DNA from: Oligoflexales bacterium
Lineage (GTDB): Bacteria; Bdellovibrionota_B; Oligoflexia; Oligoflexales; JAPPIL01
NCBI GenBank assembly: GCA_965215515.1
Contig: OZ244057.1
Span: forward strand, 128,001 to 192,000
DNA: 64,000 bases
Reading direction: 5' to 3'
The notes beneath the pieces were generated by a model. It searched no databases and was not told the DNA's origin. It saw nothing but the letters and a program-made list of their open reading frames with translations. The position numbers and the translations under genes are program-made. Shown here in pieces: positions 37,172 to 47,539 of the stretch (within the stretch, counting starts at the first letter, position 1; every line of letters starts with the position of its first letter).

Positions 37172-38406
37172 TGCTGTGGCGCACAGCATGGAAGAACCTA
37201 CTCCACCGTCGTCTGACAACCGCGCTGATCGTGGTCGCGATCGCCGCGGGAATCGCCTTGCTGTTCAGCATCGAACGCGTGCGCTCAGGGGCACGAGAGA
37301 GCTTCGCGACAACCGTCGCGGGTATCGACCTTATCGTCGGAGCACGCGGTAGCCCCATCAACCTCCTGCTCTACAGCGTCTTCCACCTCGGCGATGCCGT
37401 CAACAACATCAGTGCAACGACCTGGCAAAAGCTGTCCCAACACGACGCGGTGCAAGCAGCTATCCCCCTAGCGATGGGAGATTCGTGGCGCGGCTATCGA
37501 GTTATCGGCACAACCACGGACTATTTTACCCATTACCGTTACGGCGAGCAACGACAGCTCGCTTTTAGTGCGGGACGAGCATTCACGGAGTTATTCGATG
37601 TCGTGGTCGGGCATACCGTGGCACAACGCCTCGCGCACGGTTTAGGCGAGCGACTGATTCTGGCACACGGAGTAAGTGACGTGAGCTTCAACGTGTCACA
37701 CGAAGATATGCCGTTCACAGTCGTGGGTATCTTGGCACGTACCAACACCCCCACCGATCGCTCGCTGTTCGTGTCCCTGCCTGCAATCACCGCCCTGCAC
37801 CTCGATAGCGAGCAGAAGCGCACCTTACAGACAGACACGGCATTACAACTCCCGACAATTTCAGCACTGCTGCTGAAGCTGCGGGAGAAGTTCACCGTGC
37901 TGGCCTTGCAGCGCACCATAAATACCGCTGAGCACGAAGCACTGACAGCCATCATGCCAGGAGTGAGCCTGCGGCAGTTGTGGAAGACACTCGGCCTTGC
38001 CGAACGCACATTCCTGCTAATGAGTTTTCTGGTGTTCGCCATCTCGCTGCTCGGCATGACCGCAGCCCTGCTGATCGGTCTCGACACCAGAAGGCAAGAG
38101 ATGGCGGTGTTACGCTCGATCGGTGCGTCGCCGCGTTTCGTTTTTGCGGTGCTGATGGTCGAAGCATTGCTGCTGAGTTTAACTGGCATCATCAGCGGAG
38201 TGGTCATCTCCTACCTAGGGCTGTACGCGTTTGAGCCGCTGCTGATCACCAAACTCGGCCTGACTGCGGGACTGTACACACCCGCAGTGAGTGAACTGTG
38301 GTTCTTGGCGGCAGTTATCGGTTGTGCTCTGCTGGCAGGCTGTGTTCCCGCCTGGCTCGCTTACCGCAACTCATTGGCAGATGGACTGACCGTGCGGATG
38401 GGGTAA
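37171..38406 (+). CDS. ABC transporter permease (FtsX/MacB-like)
   Basis: One plus three TM topology, RRQEMAVLRSIGA. Confidence 0.9.
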   Translation: MLWRTAWKNLLHRRLTTALIVVAIAAGIALLFSIERVRSGARESFATTVAGIDLIVGARGSPINLLLYSVFHLGDAVNNISATTWQKLSQHDAVQAAIPLAMGDSWRGYRVIGTTTDYFTHYRYGEQRQLAFSAGRAFTELFDVVVGHTVAQRLAHGLGERLILAHGVSDVSFNVSHEDMPFTVVGILARTNTPTDRSLFVSLPAITALHLDSEQKRTLQTDTALQLPTISALLLKLREKFTVLALQRTINTAEHEALTAIMPGVSLRQLWKTLGLAERTFLLMSFLVFAISLLGMTAALLIGLDTRRQEMAVLRSIGASPRFVFAVLMVEALLLSLTGIISGVVISYLGLYAFEPLLITKLGLTAGLYTPAVSELWFLAAVIGCALLAGCVPAWLAYRNSLADGLTVRMG

Positions 38407-38498
38407 CCCTTTTGCCCGTTGCCACCTCGCAACGCTCTTTGCTACGCTACCCCCACCTGACTGAGTGCTGCGGGTTTTTTCTCCGTCTTCGAGTAGCC

Positions 38499-39566
38499 AT
38501 GACTGCAACTTCGGTGCTTGCTGATTACCTGCCGCGGGTGCTGGCCGTGCTGGCACGCTGTGCGCAACGGTGCGCCTTGCCCGCGCAGCTTGAGAAGATG
38601 GTCGGTGATGTAGTCAGGGATACTGAAGCCCTGACCGTCGTGCTGCAGGCAGGAGAGCTGACCCTCGCACAACGTCTGTCGCTCAGACAAGCATTGGTGC
38701 GGGAATTACGCACCGAGGGTGTGCCCATAGACGTACAATTTCGTCGTCTCGATCCTACCTACGTGCCGCGGCCGCAATCCACACGCACGACGCAAGCACT
38801 GGCCATCACTCGCCAGCCGCGTGCCATCGCACAGGTGGCACGGGTCATCGCGGTCGCGTCAGGCAAAGGCGGTGTGGGCAAATCGACCGTCAGTGCCGCG
38901 CTGGCACTGGCTTTTACCCGTCTGGGAGCACGGGTGGGTTTGCTCGATGCCGACATCTACGGGCCTTCCCTACCCACTATCTTCGGAACACACGGTCCCT
39001 TGCAAACCGACCGCGAGGGCAGGCTCGTGCCCATCGTCGCACATGCGGTGCAGACGATGTCGTTCGGTTATCTCACCGCCGCCGCGGCTCCCGCACTCTG
39101 GCGCGGGCCGCTCATCAGCAAAACCTTTCGGCAACTCTGTTACCAAGTTGCCTGGCACGAGGTAGACTGGCTGGTTATCGATCTCCCGCCAGGCACGGGC
39201 GATGTGCAACTGACGATGCTGGAGGCTTTACCCCTGTACGGTGCGGTGTTGGTAACGACACCGCAGAATTTAGCCTTGCTCGATATGCAGAAAGCGGCCA
39301 AAATGTTTGTCAGCTTGAAGGTAAACGTCATCGGCTTGATCGAGAACATGTCCACTTATCGCTGTCCGCATTGCCAGCATGAAGACCCGATGTTTGGTGT
39401 GGAGGGCGGGCGGCAATACGCACAGCGCACGGGGTTACACCTGCTCGGGGCGGTGCCTTTTCGTCCCGAGATTTTGCAGCATTGCGATGCAGGTGAGCCA
39501 CACGCACTCGCTGACGATACGTTCGTGAACATCGCGCAGCAGATTGTGAACGGTGTTGATGTCTAG
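38499..39566 (+). CDS. mrp: Mrp/NBP35 (ApbC) Fe-S carrier ATPase
   Basis: SGKGGVGKST, DADIYGPS, DLPPGTGD, ENMS..CPHC; likely start ATG 38499. Confidence 0.93.
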   Translation: MTATSVLADYLPRVLAVLARCAQRCALPAQLEKMVGDVVRDTEALTVVLQAGELTLAQRLSLRQALVRELRTEGVPIDVQFRRLDPTYVPRPQSTRTTQALAITRQPRAIAQVARVIAVASGKGGVGKSTVSAALALAFTRLGARVGLLDADIYGPSLPTIFGTHGPLQTDREGRLVPIVAHAVQTMSFGYLTAAAAPALWRGPLISKTFRQLCYQVAWHEVDWLVIDLPPGTGDVQLTMLEALPLYGAVLVTTPQNLALLDMQKAAKMFVSLKVNVIGLIENMSTYRCPHCQHEDPMFGVEGGRQYAQRTGLHLLGAVPFRPEILQHCDAGEPHALADDTFVNIAQQIVNGVDV

Positions 39567-41091
39567 TTTTACGCTTTACGAACATCAGAAGACGGGGATT
39601 GATTTTTTTATCAACAACAGCATCGGTGTGTTGGGTGATGAAATGGGATTGGGCAAGACCTTGCAAGCCATCGTTGCCTGCCAGCGATTTTTGGCACAGG
39701 AGCTGATTACAGAGGTGCTCGTCGTCTGCCCGCGTTCGCTGAAACTCAATTGGTTTTATGAAATTAAAAAATTTACCGACACCTCTGGCCATGATATCGT
39801 TATCGTGGAAGGTGATCGCCACAAACGTCAGCGGCAGTTGCTCGCCCCGCGCCGATGGCTGATTATCAATTACGAGAGTCTTCGTATCGAGCACCAGCAG
39901 ATGTTGGCGATGTACAGACCGCTGAGTTTCGCGATGGTCTGTGACGAATCGCACAAAATCAAAAACAAGCAGGCCAAGCAATCACTCTCGTGCGTGGAGT
40001 TAGGCCGTTACGCAACACGCAAGTATCTTCTGTCGGGCACGTTTGTGGCTAATAAGCCTGAAGATGTGTGGAATCAGGTTAATTTTCTCGACGGCGGACG
40101 GCTGTTAGGCAGTTATCACAGTTTTAAAAAACGCTACTGCGTTGAGCGTGCCTTCAAGTACGGTTATCGTTATGTCAACAAAATCGTGAGTTACAAAAAT
40201 CTCAGCGAGCTGAAAGACAGACTGGATACGCTGATGTTACGACGGACGAAGGCGCAGTGTCTCGATTTACCCGACCGTGTGGTGCAAAAAATTCCTGTCA
40301 ACATGACCCCTAAACAGAAAACTTTTTACGACAAGATATGCCAAGGCATCGTCATGAACTTAAGCGAACCCGCGCAGAATTTATCGCTCGACAATATTTT
40401 AACCAAGATGCTCTATGCCTTACAAGTGTCTTCTAATCCTGCTTTGATCGATCCTGCGCTGCAGATAGAACGCCTTACGGCACGTTTGGCGGCCAAGCCT
40501 AGCCACCGCCCATACAGGCAGCAGTTGAAATTTTGGCGACAGCTGCGTCCCTTGCCTGCCACGGAATCAGGCAAGCTCAGTGCTCTCGATGATTTGCTGG
40601 AAACCTACTGCCGTGAACAGGAGCGCAAAGTCATCGTCTGGAGTTTTTTTGTGAAAAACATCGAACTGTTTGCCGCGCGTTATGCGAGTTACAACCCTGT
40701 GTTATGTTATGGTAAGACCAGTAACGCACAGCGTGATTACGCGGTGCAAGCATTCAACCACGATCCTGCCTGCCAGCTATTTATCGGTAACCCACAAGCA
40801 GCAGGGCTCGGTTTGACCCTGACGGCATCATCGCTGTGTATTTTCTACGATCGCAATTTTTCTACCGTCGATTATCAGCAAGCCGTCGATCGCATTCATC
40901 GTATCGGGCAAACACAAGTGTGCAACATCCTTATTTTGCAAGCCCGCCCGACGATCGACCAGCACGTCGATTATCTACTCGCGCGGAAAAACGAACTGAT
41001 TAACTTCTTGCAGGAGCAAAACCACACCCAGGACAGCCACGCCGAACTCGACCTCGACTCTGTCGAGGCTATGCTCGCGGGCGGACGCTAG
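39553..41091 (+). CDS. Stand-alone SNF2-family helicase/ATPase
   Basis: DEMGLGKT, DESH, LSGT, GLGLTL, QAVDRIHRIGQ. Confidence 0.93.
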   Translation: MLMSSFTLYEHQKTGIDFFINNSIGVLGDEMGLGKTLQAIVACQRFLAQELITEVLVVCPRSLKLNWFYEIKKFTDTSGHDIVIVEGDRHKRQRQLLAPRRWLIINYESLRIEHQQMLAMYRPLSFAMVCDESHKIKNKQAKQSLSCVELGRYATRKYLLSGTFVANKPEDVWNQVNFLDGGRLLGSYHSFKKRYCVERAFKYGYRYVNKIVSYKNLSELKDRLDTLMLRRTKAQCLDLPDRVVQKIPVNMTPKQKTFYDKICQGIVMNLSEPAQNLSLDNILTKMLYALQVSSNPALIDPALQIERLTARLAAKPSHRPYRQQLKFWRQLRPLPATESGKLSALDDLLETYCREQERKVIVWSFFVKNIELFAARYASYNPVLCYGKTSNAQRDYAVQAFNHDPACQLFIGNPQAAGLGLTLTASSLCIFYDRNFSTVDYQQAVDRIHRIGQTQVCNILILQARPTIDQHVDYLLARKNELINFLQEQNHTQDSHAELDLDSVEAMLAGGR

Positions 41092-41109
41092 TTTCTCCCA
41101 CCATCGTCG

Positions 41110-41619
41110 CTAGTGTGCGGTGTTAATGTTACGCATCGCGGTGATACGTGTCCGCAACAACTCGTAGCGTCTGGGGTTGAGAGGCTGAGGGAAGTGTTGC
41201 ACGATGTGTCCCTCGGCATCGATGAGAAAAGTTTGCGGTAACCAACGCACTCCATAGCTGCGTGCGACGGCCCCGTCTCCATCGATGGCGACGATCGACG
41301 CGGGTAACGTGCGCTGGTCAGCTTCGGCATCGAAAGTTAGAATAGAGATTATGGGCAATGCACGGTATGTGTCGCGCAGAGCACGCAGAAACTTTTTCTC
41401 GGCGCGACAGCGGGTGCACCAGGTCGCGAAGAAATTCACCACCACTACCTGTCCCCGATACCGACGTAGGGTAATTCTACCTTCGTGATGCGGGGATGGT
41501 AAAGCGAAGTCTGGCGCGGTGCGTGTTTGCGCAGTAGGGCTGAGCTGCCAGTAGCAGACGACGAGAACGGCCAGCACGAGCAGGATAAAAGAAATTTTTG
41601 TCCAATGTACACACATCAC
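41110..41619 (-). CDS. TlpA/ResA-family thiol-disulfide oxidoreductase
   Basis: N-terminal TM helix, APDF, NFFATWCTRC, LPQTFLID. Confidence 0.9.
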   Translation of the reverse strand: MMCVHWTKISFILLVLAVLVVCYWQLSPTAQTRTAPDFALPSPHHEGRITLRRYRGQVVVVNFFATWCTRCRAEKKFLRALRDTYRALPIISILTFDAEADQRTLPASIVAIDGDGAVARSYGVRWLPQTFLIDAEGHIVQHFPQPLNPRRYELLRTRITAMRNINTAH

Positions 41620-41686
41620 AGTTTCACGCTAACTACCACACGAAGGTGTGTGCCCGTGATTCCGCCGCCAACTCCCTTTATGATAC

Positions 41687-42619
41687 TCACGCGGGTGGTT
41701 TGAGAAGCTGTCGAGCTTGTGTTATGTCCGCGTCGATCTGTGTTCGCAATGCCTTGCGATCGGCGAATTTCTGTTCAGCACGTAGGCGTTGGACGAAAAA
41801 AACCGCCATACGCTTGCCGTACAGCTCACCCAATGTTGTGGCGATGACATGCACTTCGATGGTGCGTTCGCCGCTGTCGCTCATAGTCGGCCGTGTGCCG
41901 ATGTTGATGACGCTCGGCATAGCCGTTGTAGGCACGGTGAGTGGCGAGCACTCCGCCGCGAGTACCGCCCAGCCTGCGTAGACTCCGTCTGCGGGAGATA
42001 ACTGTGCGATGCCGCCGAGATTAGCCGTCGGAATGCCGAGTTTGCTGCCGCGTTGCGCACCGTGTTGTACTTCGCCTTCCAGCATATAGGCACGACCCAG
42101 CATGGCCGCGGCGGTATGCACCTCACCCGCGGCGAGTAGTTGACGAATGGCACTGCTGCTGATGCGTTGTCCGTGCCACGTGAGTGGGGCAATGGCGGCG
42201 AGACTGAAACCCGTTTGTGTCTTCAGCCAAGCAACGTCACCGCGGCGGTGATACCCGAAACGAAAATCGTCGCCTACCACAAAATGTTGCATGTGCAAGC
42301 GTTGCAACAAGTGATCGTGCAAAAAATCATGAGGCGAGATGTCGGTCAGAGAACGATCGAACTTGTGGAGCAGGCAAGTGTGCACACCGAGAGCGGCAAA
42401 ACTACGCAATTTCTGTGTTGTCGTGCACAATCGTGCTGTTGCAGGTTTGTCTGTGTCCACGAACGAAATTACTACACTGCGGTGATGGTGCGCGGCAGCA
42501 AGACGCACTGTCGTATCGAGTAGGAGGCGATGGCCACGATGACAACCATCGAAGTTACCGATCGTGACTGCTGTGGCAGGGTAATCGTCGGTAGGAAAAT
42601 TTTTGATGATCTCCATCAC
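41687..42619 (-). CDS. ribF: Bifunctional riboflavin kinase / FAD synthetase
   Basis: GNFDGCHRGH, VGDDFRFG, ISSSAIR, GIPTAN, NIGTRPT, IEVH. Confidence 0.95.
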   Translation of the reverse strand: MMEIIKNFPTDDYPATAVTIGNFDGCHRGHRLLLDTTVRLAAAHHHRSVVISFVDTDKPATARLCTTTQKLRSFAALGVHTCLLHKFDRSLTDISPHDFLHDHLLQRLHMQHFVVGDDFRFGYHRRGDVAWLKTQTGFSLAAIAPLTWHGQRISSSAIRQLLAAGEVHTAAAMLGRAYMLEGEVQHGAQRGSKLGIPTANLGGIAQLSPADGVYAGWAVLAAECSPLTVPTTAMPSVINIGTRPTMSDSGERTIEVHVIATTLGELYGKRMAVFFVQRLRAEQKFADRKALRTQIDADITQARQLLKPPA

Positions 42620-42641
42620 TTACCTAAAACTAACTAATTTC

Positions 42642-43469
42642 TTAGCGACTCAGCCCGCGCTGTGAACGGCTGATAAAGGCGAGGAAAGTTTGGCGGGGAG
42701 GCGTGTCGGGAACTTGCCGCTGTATCTCGTGCACGGCATCGTCGAGAGTGAGCTGCTGGCGATAGACGAGGCGATACATTTTTTTGATCGTCGCGATCTC
42801 TGTCGCGGCCATCCCTGCCCGCTTTAAACCGATTGTATTCAACCCCCATATGCGTGCGGGTCTGCCGTGCACGCGACAGAACGGTGGCACATCCTTGCCC
42901 GTCATCGAGCCGCCTGTCATCATGCTGTGCGAGCCGAGACGACAGAATTGGTGCACCGCCACCATGCCACCGAGGACAACATGATCGCCTATCTCGACAT
43001 GCCCCGCAAGGTTGACACTGTTGGCTAAGATACAGTTGTTGCCGACAATACAATCGTGGGCGATATGCACATGCACCATCAGGAGATTGCCGTCCCCAAT
43101 ACGTGTAGCGCCACCACCACCCTGTGTCCCGATGGAAATGTTGACGTACTCACGAATAGCATTGCGCTCGCCGATGACGAGACGTGTGTCCTCACCTCGA
43201 TATTTTAAATCCTGCGGAATTGCCCCGATCGAACAATAGTGCCAAATAGACGTGCCTCGCCCTACGAAAGTGCGCCCGCTGAGATGCGCATAACTGCCGA
43301 TCTGCACGTCGTCAGAACAGATCACCCGCGGCCCGACGATACTGTAAGCCCCGACCTGCACTCGCTTACCCAGCTCGGCCTGCCGATGCACGATCGCCGT
43401 AGGATGCACCCGCGCTGCATCGCCGCGTGTTTCGTGTTCTCGCACCATCCTCAGCTCCCGATTCAGCAC
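42642..43469 (-). CDS. lpxA: UDP-N-acetylglucosamine acyltransferase
   Basis: Hexapeptide repeats, PQDLKY, HIAHDC, LAGHV, HQF. Confidence 0.96.
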   Translation of the reverse strand: MLNRELRMVREHETRGDAARVHPTAIVHRQAELGKRVQVGAYSIVGPRVICSDDVQIGSYAHLSGRTFVGRGTSIWHYCSIGAIPQDLKYRGEDTRLVIGERNAIREYVNISIGTQGGGGATRIGDGNLLMVHVHIAHDCIVGNNCILANSVNLAGHVEIGDHVVLGGMVAVHQFCRLGSHSMMTGGSMTGKDVPPFCRVHGRPARIWGLNTIGLKRAGMAATEIATIKKMYRLVYRQQLTLDDAVHEIQRQVPDTPPRQTFLAFISRSQRGLSR

Positions 43470-43472
43470 CGT

Positions 43473-43940
43473 TCACTCCATGTAAGCAGAGAAATTCAAG
43501 GTAGCCGCGAGTTGTTGCTCGATATACGCTTCTGCCTCGAACCAGAAGAAAAATTTGCGTTGCCTCACCATGCGGCTCTCGTAACGCAACACATCACCAG
43601 GCACCGCCTGTCGCCGAAAGCGAGCCTTGCTGACCTCCGTGAGATAACAAGTAGAAGTCTTCACCAATTCATTGAGATGCCCAAAAACCGCTGCGGTCTG
43701 TGCCACACCCTCGATCATTAAGACACCTGGGAACACAGGCTCGTCAGGGAAATGCCCCTGCAAAATTAAATCGCCGATGGAAACATTCTTGATCCCTACC
43801 GCCATCCTGCGGTCACAGCTGATAACCCGATCGATTAATGCAAACGGATAGCGATGCGGCAACATACGCCGAATTTCCCGCGGGCTTAAGGGCAACACAT
43901 AGCCAGTATTGCCGTATGGTTTATGTTCCTTCTCGGCCAC
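43473..43940 (-). CDS. fabZ: 3-hydroxyacyl-ACP dehydratase
   Basis: LPHRYPF, GHFP, PGVLMIEGVAQ. Confidence 0.96.
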   Translation of the reverse strand: MAEKEHKPYGNTGYVLPLSPREIRRMLPHRYPFALIDRVISCDRRMAVGIKNVSIGDLILQGHFPDEPVFPGVLMIEGVAQTAAVFGHLNELVKTSTCYLTEVSKARFRRQAVPGDVLRYESRMVRQRKFFFWFEAEAYIEQQLAATLNFSAYME

Positions 43941-43951
43941 AACACGCTCCG

Positions 43952-44554
43952 TTATTTTTGCTGCTCGTCAGGTTTGAATTTTTTATCGTACGCTGCAATG
44001 ACTTGTGCGGTCAAATTGATGGGATTGCGGACGTAAAGCAGACCCGCGCTGCTGGTTTCAAACACCGCGGCCAGACGCAACTCACGCGCCAGTTTTTCCA
44101 CCAGCTGGGAAACCTTGTTGGCAATCTCCTTCGCGGCTTGTTGCTCCTTGCGTTTAATGTTGACCTGAAATTCCATCTCGGCGTTGCGGAGACTGAGAAA
44201 CTTCTCCTGAAACTTCTGCTGTTTTTTTAACTTCGCCGTGTCACTCAACAGAGCCGACTGTGCCTGTAATTCTTTGTTGAGTTTTTCCAAATCCTCCCGT
44301 GACTGCTTCAGCAGTTTTTCTTTAGCCTTAATCTCGCGTTCTAACTCATGCCGCGCTTGTTTACCCTCCTCAACGGCAAGAATTACCTGCTGCATATCGA
44401 CCACCCCCAGACGCTGCCTATCCCGCGGTGGTGAGGCGCGGTGTTGCGCATCCCGTGCCGTCTTCAGCGAGGGGGTGTCGTGTTTCTTATCCGCTCTTGC
44501 AGGCAAGCTCATGAACAACAGAGATCCAAGATGAAAAAATAAAAATGATCGCAT
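43952..44554 (-). CDS. skp: OmpH/Skp periplasmic chaperone
   Basis: Signal peptide, GVVDMQQV, coiled coil, NLTAQVI; lies between bamA and fabZ. Confidence 0.9.
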   Translation of the reverse strand: MRSFLFFHLGSLLFMSLPARADKKHDTPSLKTARDAQHRASPPRDRQRLGVVDMQQVILAVEEGKQARHELEREIKAKEKLLKQSREDLEKLNKELQAQSALLSDTAKLKKQQKFQEKFLSLRNAEMEFQVNIKRKEQQAAKEIANKVSQLVEKLARELRLAAVFETSSAGLLYVRNPINLTAQVIAAYDKKFKPDEQQK

Positions 44555-44558
44555 GTTA

Positions 44559-46862
44559 CTAAAACCCTAAATAAAAAATAAACTCCATGTCCCCCAGTTT
44601 GCCACGCTCGAAAGGAAAAGCCCACTCGAAACGCAGCGGTGCAATCGGTGTCACCCACCTAAGACCAAAACCCACATCGCTGTAAAGGTTGCGCAAGGAT
44701 AAGCTTTCGTGATCGTCGTAGACACGTCCGACATCGGCGAACACGAGTGCTTTAATGCGTGCCTCCTGAATCAGAGGGATAAAATACTCCGCCTGCAGCA
44801 GTAGTTTGCGATTACCCCCACCGTTGTACTCGACCGCGGTGTTGTCTGGCTCACGCATGACATAAAACTTCGGCCCAATTTCCCAGTATGGATAGCCCCG
44901 CATGTCGTTGAAACCGCCTAGGCGATAGCGTTCTAGGAACGGAACGTGTGTGCCACCCAAGGGGTAGATGTAGCTGAATAGCCCGCGTAACCTGAAGTAG
45001 GTACGGTAATCTTCGAAAAAATCAACAGGATAGTAGTAAGCGGCATCGAGACTGGTTTCCAAAAACCTCTTCTCGCCTCGCAAAAGCGGGCCGCCAGAGA
45101 TAACTTGCGACAGCGTAACTTGCGAACCCTCGGAAGGTTCGAGAAAATCGTTGACCGCGTTGCGTGACAAGGACAGCCTGAGACTCGAAGCAATCCCCTC
45201 TTCCCGAAACCTTTGCAACACGAACGTGTCGCTGTGCAAAGCTGTCCTCTGTAATTTCCAGGTTGCGGCAGCATAGACGTGCTCGAACAGTTTGCGGCCG
45301 AGAGTGAGCGTGCCCCCCTGGCGTGATTCCTCGATCAACTCACGATTGGCATAACGCCGACTCTCCTGCATGTAAAAGGCCGAGGTGCCGAGAGACCAGT
45401 GGCTGTCGTAGAGGCGAGGGTTGGTGAAGCCGAGATTCAGGGTATAGTTTCTGCTTCCGTCCCACTTGCCCGTGAAATCGGTGCTCCAGCCGCGTCCTGA
45501 CTGATTTTTTTCGTCGTAACGCCCTTGCCCCGCCCAGCCTGAACGCCCTGCACCACTGCCAGGCGTGAAGATCAGCGCCGCCTGTAACTGCCCTGTCGAG
45601 CGCTCCTTAACTTTAACCTTGAGGTTGAGCAAGTCCTCGTTCTCTTTGTCTCGTACTTTGCTCATCTGCACCGACTCAAAAAAACCTAACCGTTCGACGT
45701 TGGCTTTAGAACGGGATAACTTCGTGCCGCTGTAGAGTTCGCTGTCGTGAATTTCGAATTCACGGCGGATAACGTTGTCTCTCGTTTTGGTGTTGCCGAT
45801 GATGTCTATCTTGCCGATGTAAACTTTCTCGCCTTTGGTGATCTCATAATCGATATGCACGAGTTGCTGTGCACGATCGAGACGGGTGCGGGGGTTGACA
45901 TCGGCATAGGCGTGGCCGAGGTCGCCCCAGCTGTCCATCAACATCTCGATGTCACGCCGAAAGTGCGTAAAACGAAAGAGTTTCCCTTCCTGCAAAAGCA
46001 GTTTCTCTCGCAACCGCACCCTGTCGGGCAGGCTGTCACCAGAGAGCGAGATCGAGCCAACGTGGTACTGTTTGCCTTCCTCAACCCGATAGGTCACATC
46101 CATCCAACGCCGATCACGAGTCAACATCAGCAAGGGTTGTGCAACTTTGACTTCTGCAAAACCATGATCGCGATAGAAAGCGGTGAGAAAAGCGAGATCA
46201 CGCTTGAGCAATTCTTCCTGAAAATTGACCGCGGCTTTGAAGGTCGGCAGACGGGAAGTCGGACGCATGATAAATTTCGCGATCAATTCATGATCGCTGA
46301 AACGGGTGTTGCCCAGCATCGTTATCGCCCCCACCTTCACCTCATGGTTCTCGGTGATATCAAACACCAACGCCATCTCATTGTCGCCTCGTTTGCGCAA
46401 GGTATATGTCACCTGTGCGAGGTAGTAACCCTTTTGGGCATACTGTCGTTCGATCATCTGCACATCATCGGCGATGGCACTCTCGTCGACTATGCTATAC
46501 AGCTTGGTGATCAGCTGTTCCCGCACATCCTCTTCCTTGATCTCAACCAAGCCCACGAACTCGATCGCGACGATCGCGGGTTTTTCCTCGACGCGCACGA
46601 TGAGCGTGATGCCTGTGTCGTTATCCTCCTGCAAAATTTCGATGCGGGAAAAGTAGCCCAACTCGTAAAGACTGCGAAGATCGTGCTGTGCCGTTACCCT
46701 GTCGAGTGGCTGGCCACGCTGTGAGTGCAGTGCGGCAATGATAGCCTCGCTCTCTACTCTGGCATTGCCCTGCACCGTGATGGCGGTGATGCGAGGTTCT
46801 TGGGCGTAAAGTTCCGCCGTGCTAAACAGGGAGAGAACTACGGTAAGTATGCGTGTCATCAT
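44559..46862 (-). CDS. bamA: Outer-membrane protein assembly factor BamA
   Basis: POTRA repeats (GNTKTRDNVIRRE), MRGY loop, GFGLRWVTPIAPLR, terminal Phe. Confidence 0.96.
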   Translation of the reverse strand: MMTRILTVVLSLFSTAELYAQEPRITAITVQGNARVESEAIIAALHSQRGQPLDRVTAQHDLRSLYELGYFSRIEILQEDNDTGITLIVRVEEKPAIVAIEFVGLVEIKEEDVREQLITKLYSIVDESAIADDVQMIERQYAQKGYYLAQVTYTLRKRGDNEMALVFDITENHEVKVGAITMLGNTRFSDHELIAKFIMRPTSRLPTFKAAVNFQEELLKRDLAFLTAFYRDHGFAEVKVAQPLLMLTRDRRWMDVTYRVEEGKQYHVGSISLSGDSLPDRVRLREKLLLQEGKLFRFTHFRRDIEMLMDSWGDLGHAYADVNPRTRLDRAQQLVHIDYEITKGEKVYIGKIDIIGNTKTRDNVIRREFEIHDSELYSGTKLSRSKANVERLGFFESVQMSKVRDKENEDLLNLKVKVKERSTGQLQAALIFTPGSGAGRSGWAGQGRYDEKNQSGRGWSTDFTGKWDGSRNYTLNLGFTNPRLYDSHWSLGTSAFYMQESRRYANRELIEESRQGGTLTLGRKLFEHVYAAATWKLQRTALHSDTFVLQRFREEGIASSLRLSLSRNAVNDFLEPSEGSQVTLSQVISGGPLLRGEKRFLETSLDAAYYYPVDFFEDYRTYFRLRGLFSYIYPLGGTHVPFLERYRLGGFNDMRGYPYWEIGPKFYVMREPDNTAVEYNGGGNRKLLLQAEYFIPLIQEARIKALVFADVGRVYDDHESLSLRNLYSDVGFGLRWVTPIAPLRFEWAFPFERGKLGDMEFIFYLGF

Positions 46863-47539
46863 GATAGTTGTTGCTCAACGATATATCCGTCTTCCAGGCG
46901 TAGTTTTTGCTGGCAGCAGGAGGCGAGATCGGGGTCGTGTGTGACCAACAACATGGTAGCTTTAAATTCCACGCACAGTTCGAGTAACAGCTCCCGCACT
47001 TTGATACCAGTTTTTTTATCGAGATTGCCCGTCGGCTCGTCGGCGAGCAGCAGCGAGGGGTTCATGCTGAGGGCACGCGCAATGGCGGTACGCTGTTGTT
47101 CGCCGCCCGACAGTTCGGCAGGGCGATGATGCAGACGGTGGCCGAGAGCGGTACGTTCTAGCAATCGCACCGCCCTGGCTTTCGCTTGGCGGTAGCCCCA
47201 GCCTCGTATCAGCGCAGGCATCATGACATTCTCCAAAGCGGTGAATTCAGGCAACAGGTTGCTGGCTTGAAAGACGAAACCGATGTTGGTGTTACGAAAC
47301 TCCGAAGCCGCGGCATCGCTGGCTAACGAGACATCGTGGCCGTCGATGCACAGCGAGCCTGTGGTCGGCCGTTCGAGCGTCCCGATCACGTGCAGCAGGG
47401 TACTTTTCCCCGCCCCCGACTTGCCCGTGACGGAGACACGACTGCCCTTGGTGATGGTGATGTTAATGTCCTTCAGTGCCCGCACCCGTTGCGTAACGAC
47501 CAGGTAATCCTTGCAAACATTCTGCAGCACGACACTCAT
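46859..47539 (-). CDS. lolD: Lipoprotein-releasing ABC ATPase
   Basis: GKSGAGKST, LSGGEQQR, ADEPTGNLD; lies between lolC/E and bamA. Confidence 0.88.
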   Translation of the reverse strand: MSVVLQNVCKDYLVVTQRVRALKDINITITKGSRVSVTGKSGAGKSTLLHVIGTLERPTTGSLCIDGHDVSLASDAAASEFRNTNIGFVFQASNLLPEFTALENVMMPALIRGWGYRQAKARAVRLLERTALGHRLHHRPAELSGGEQQRTAIARALSMNPSLLLADEPTGNLDKKTGIKVRELLLELCVEFKATMLLVTHDPDLASCCQQKLRLEDGYIVEQQLS

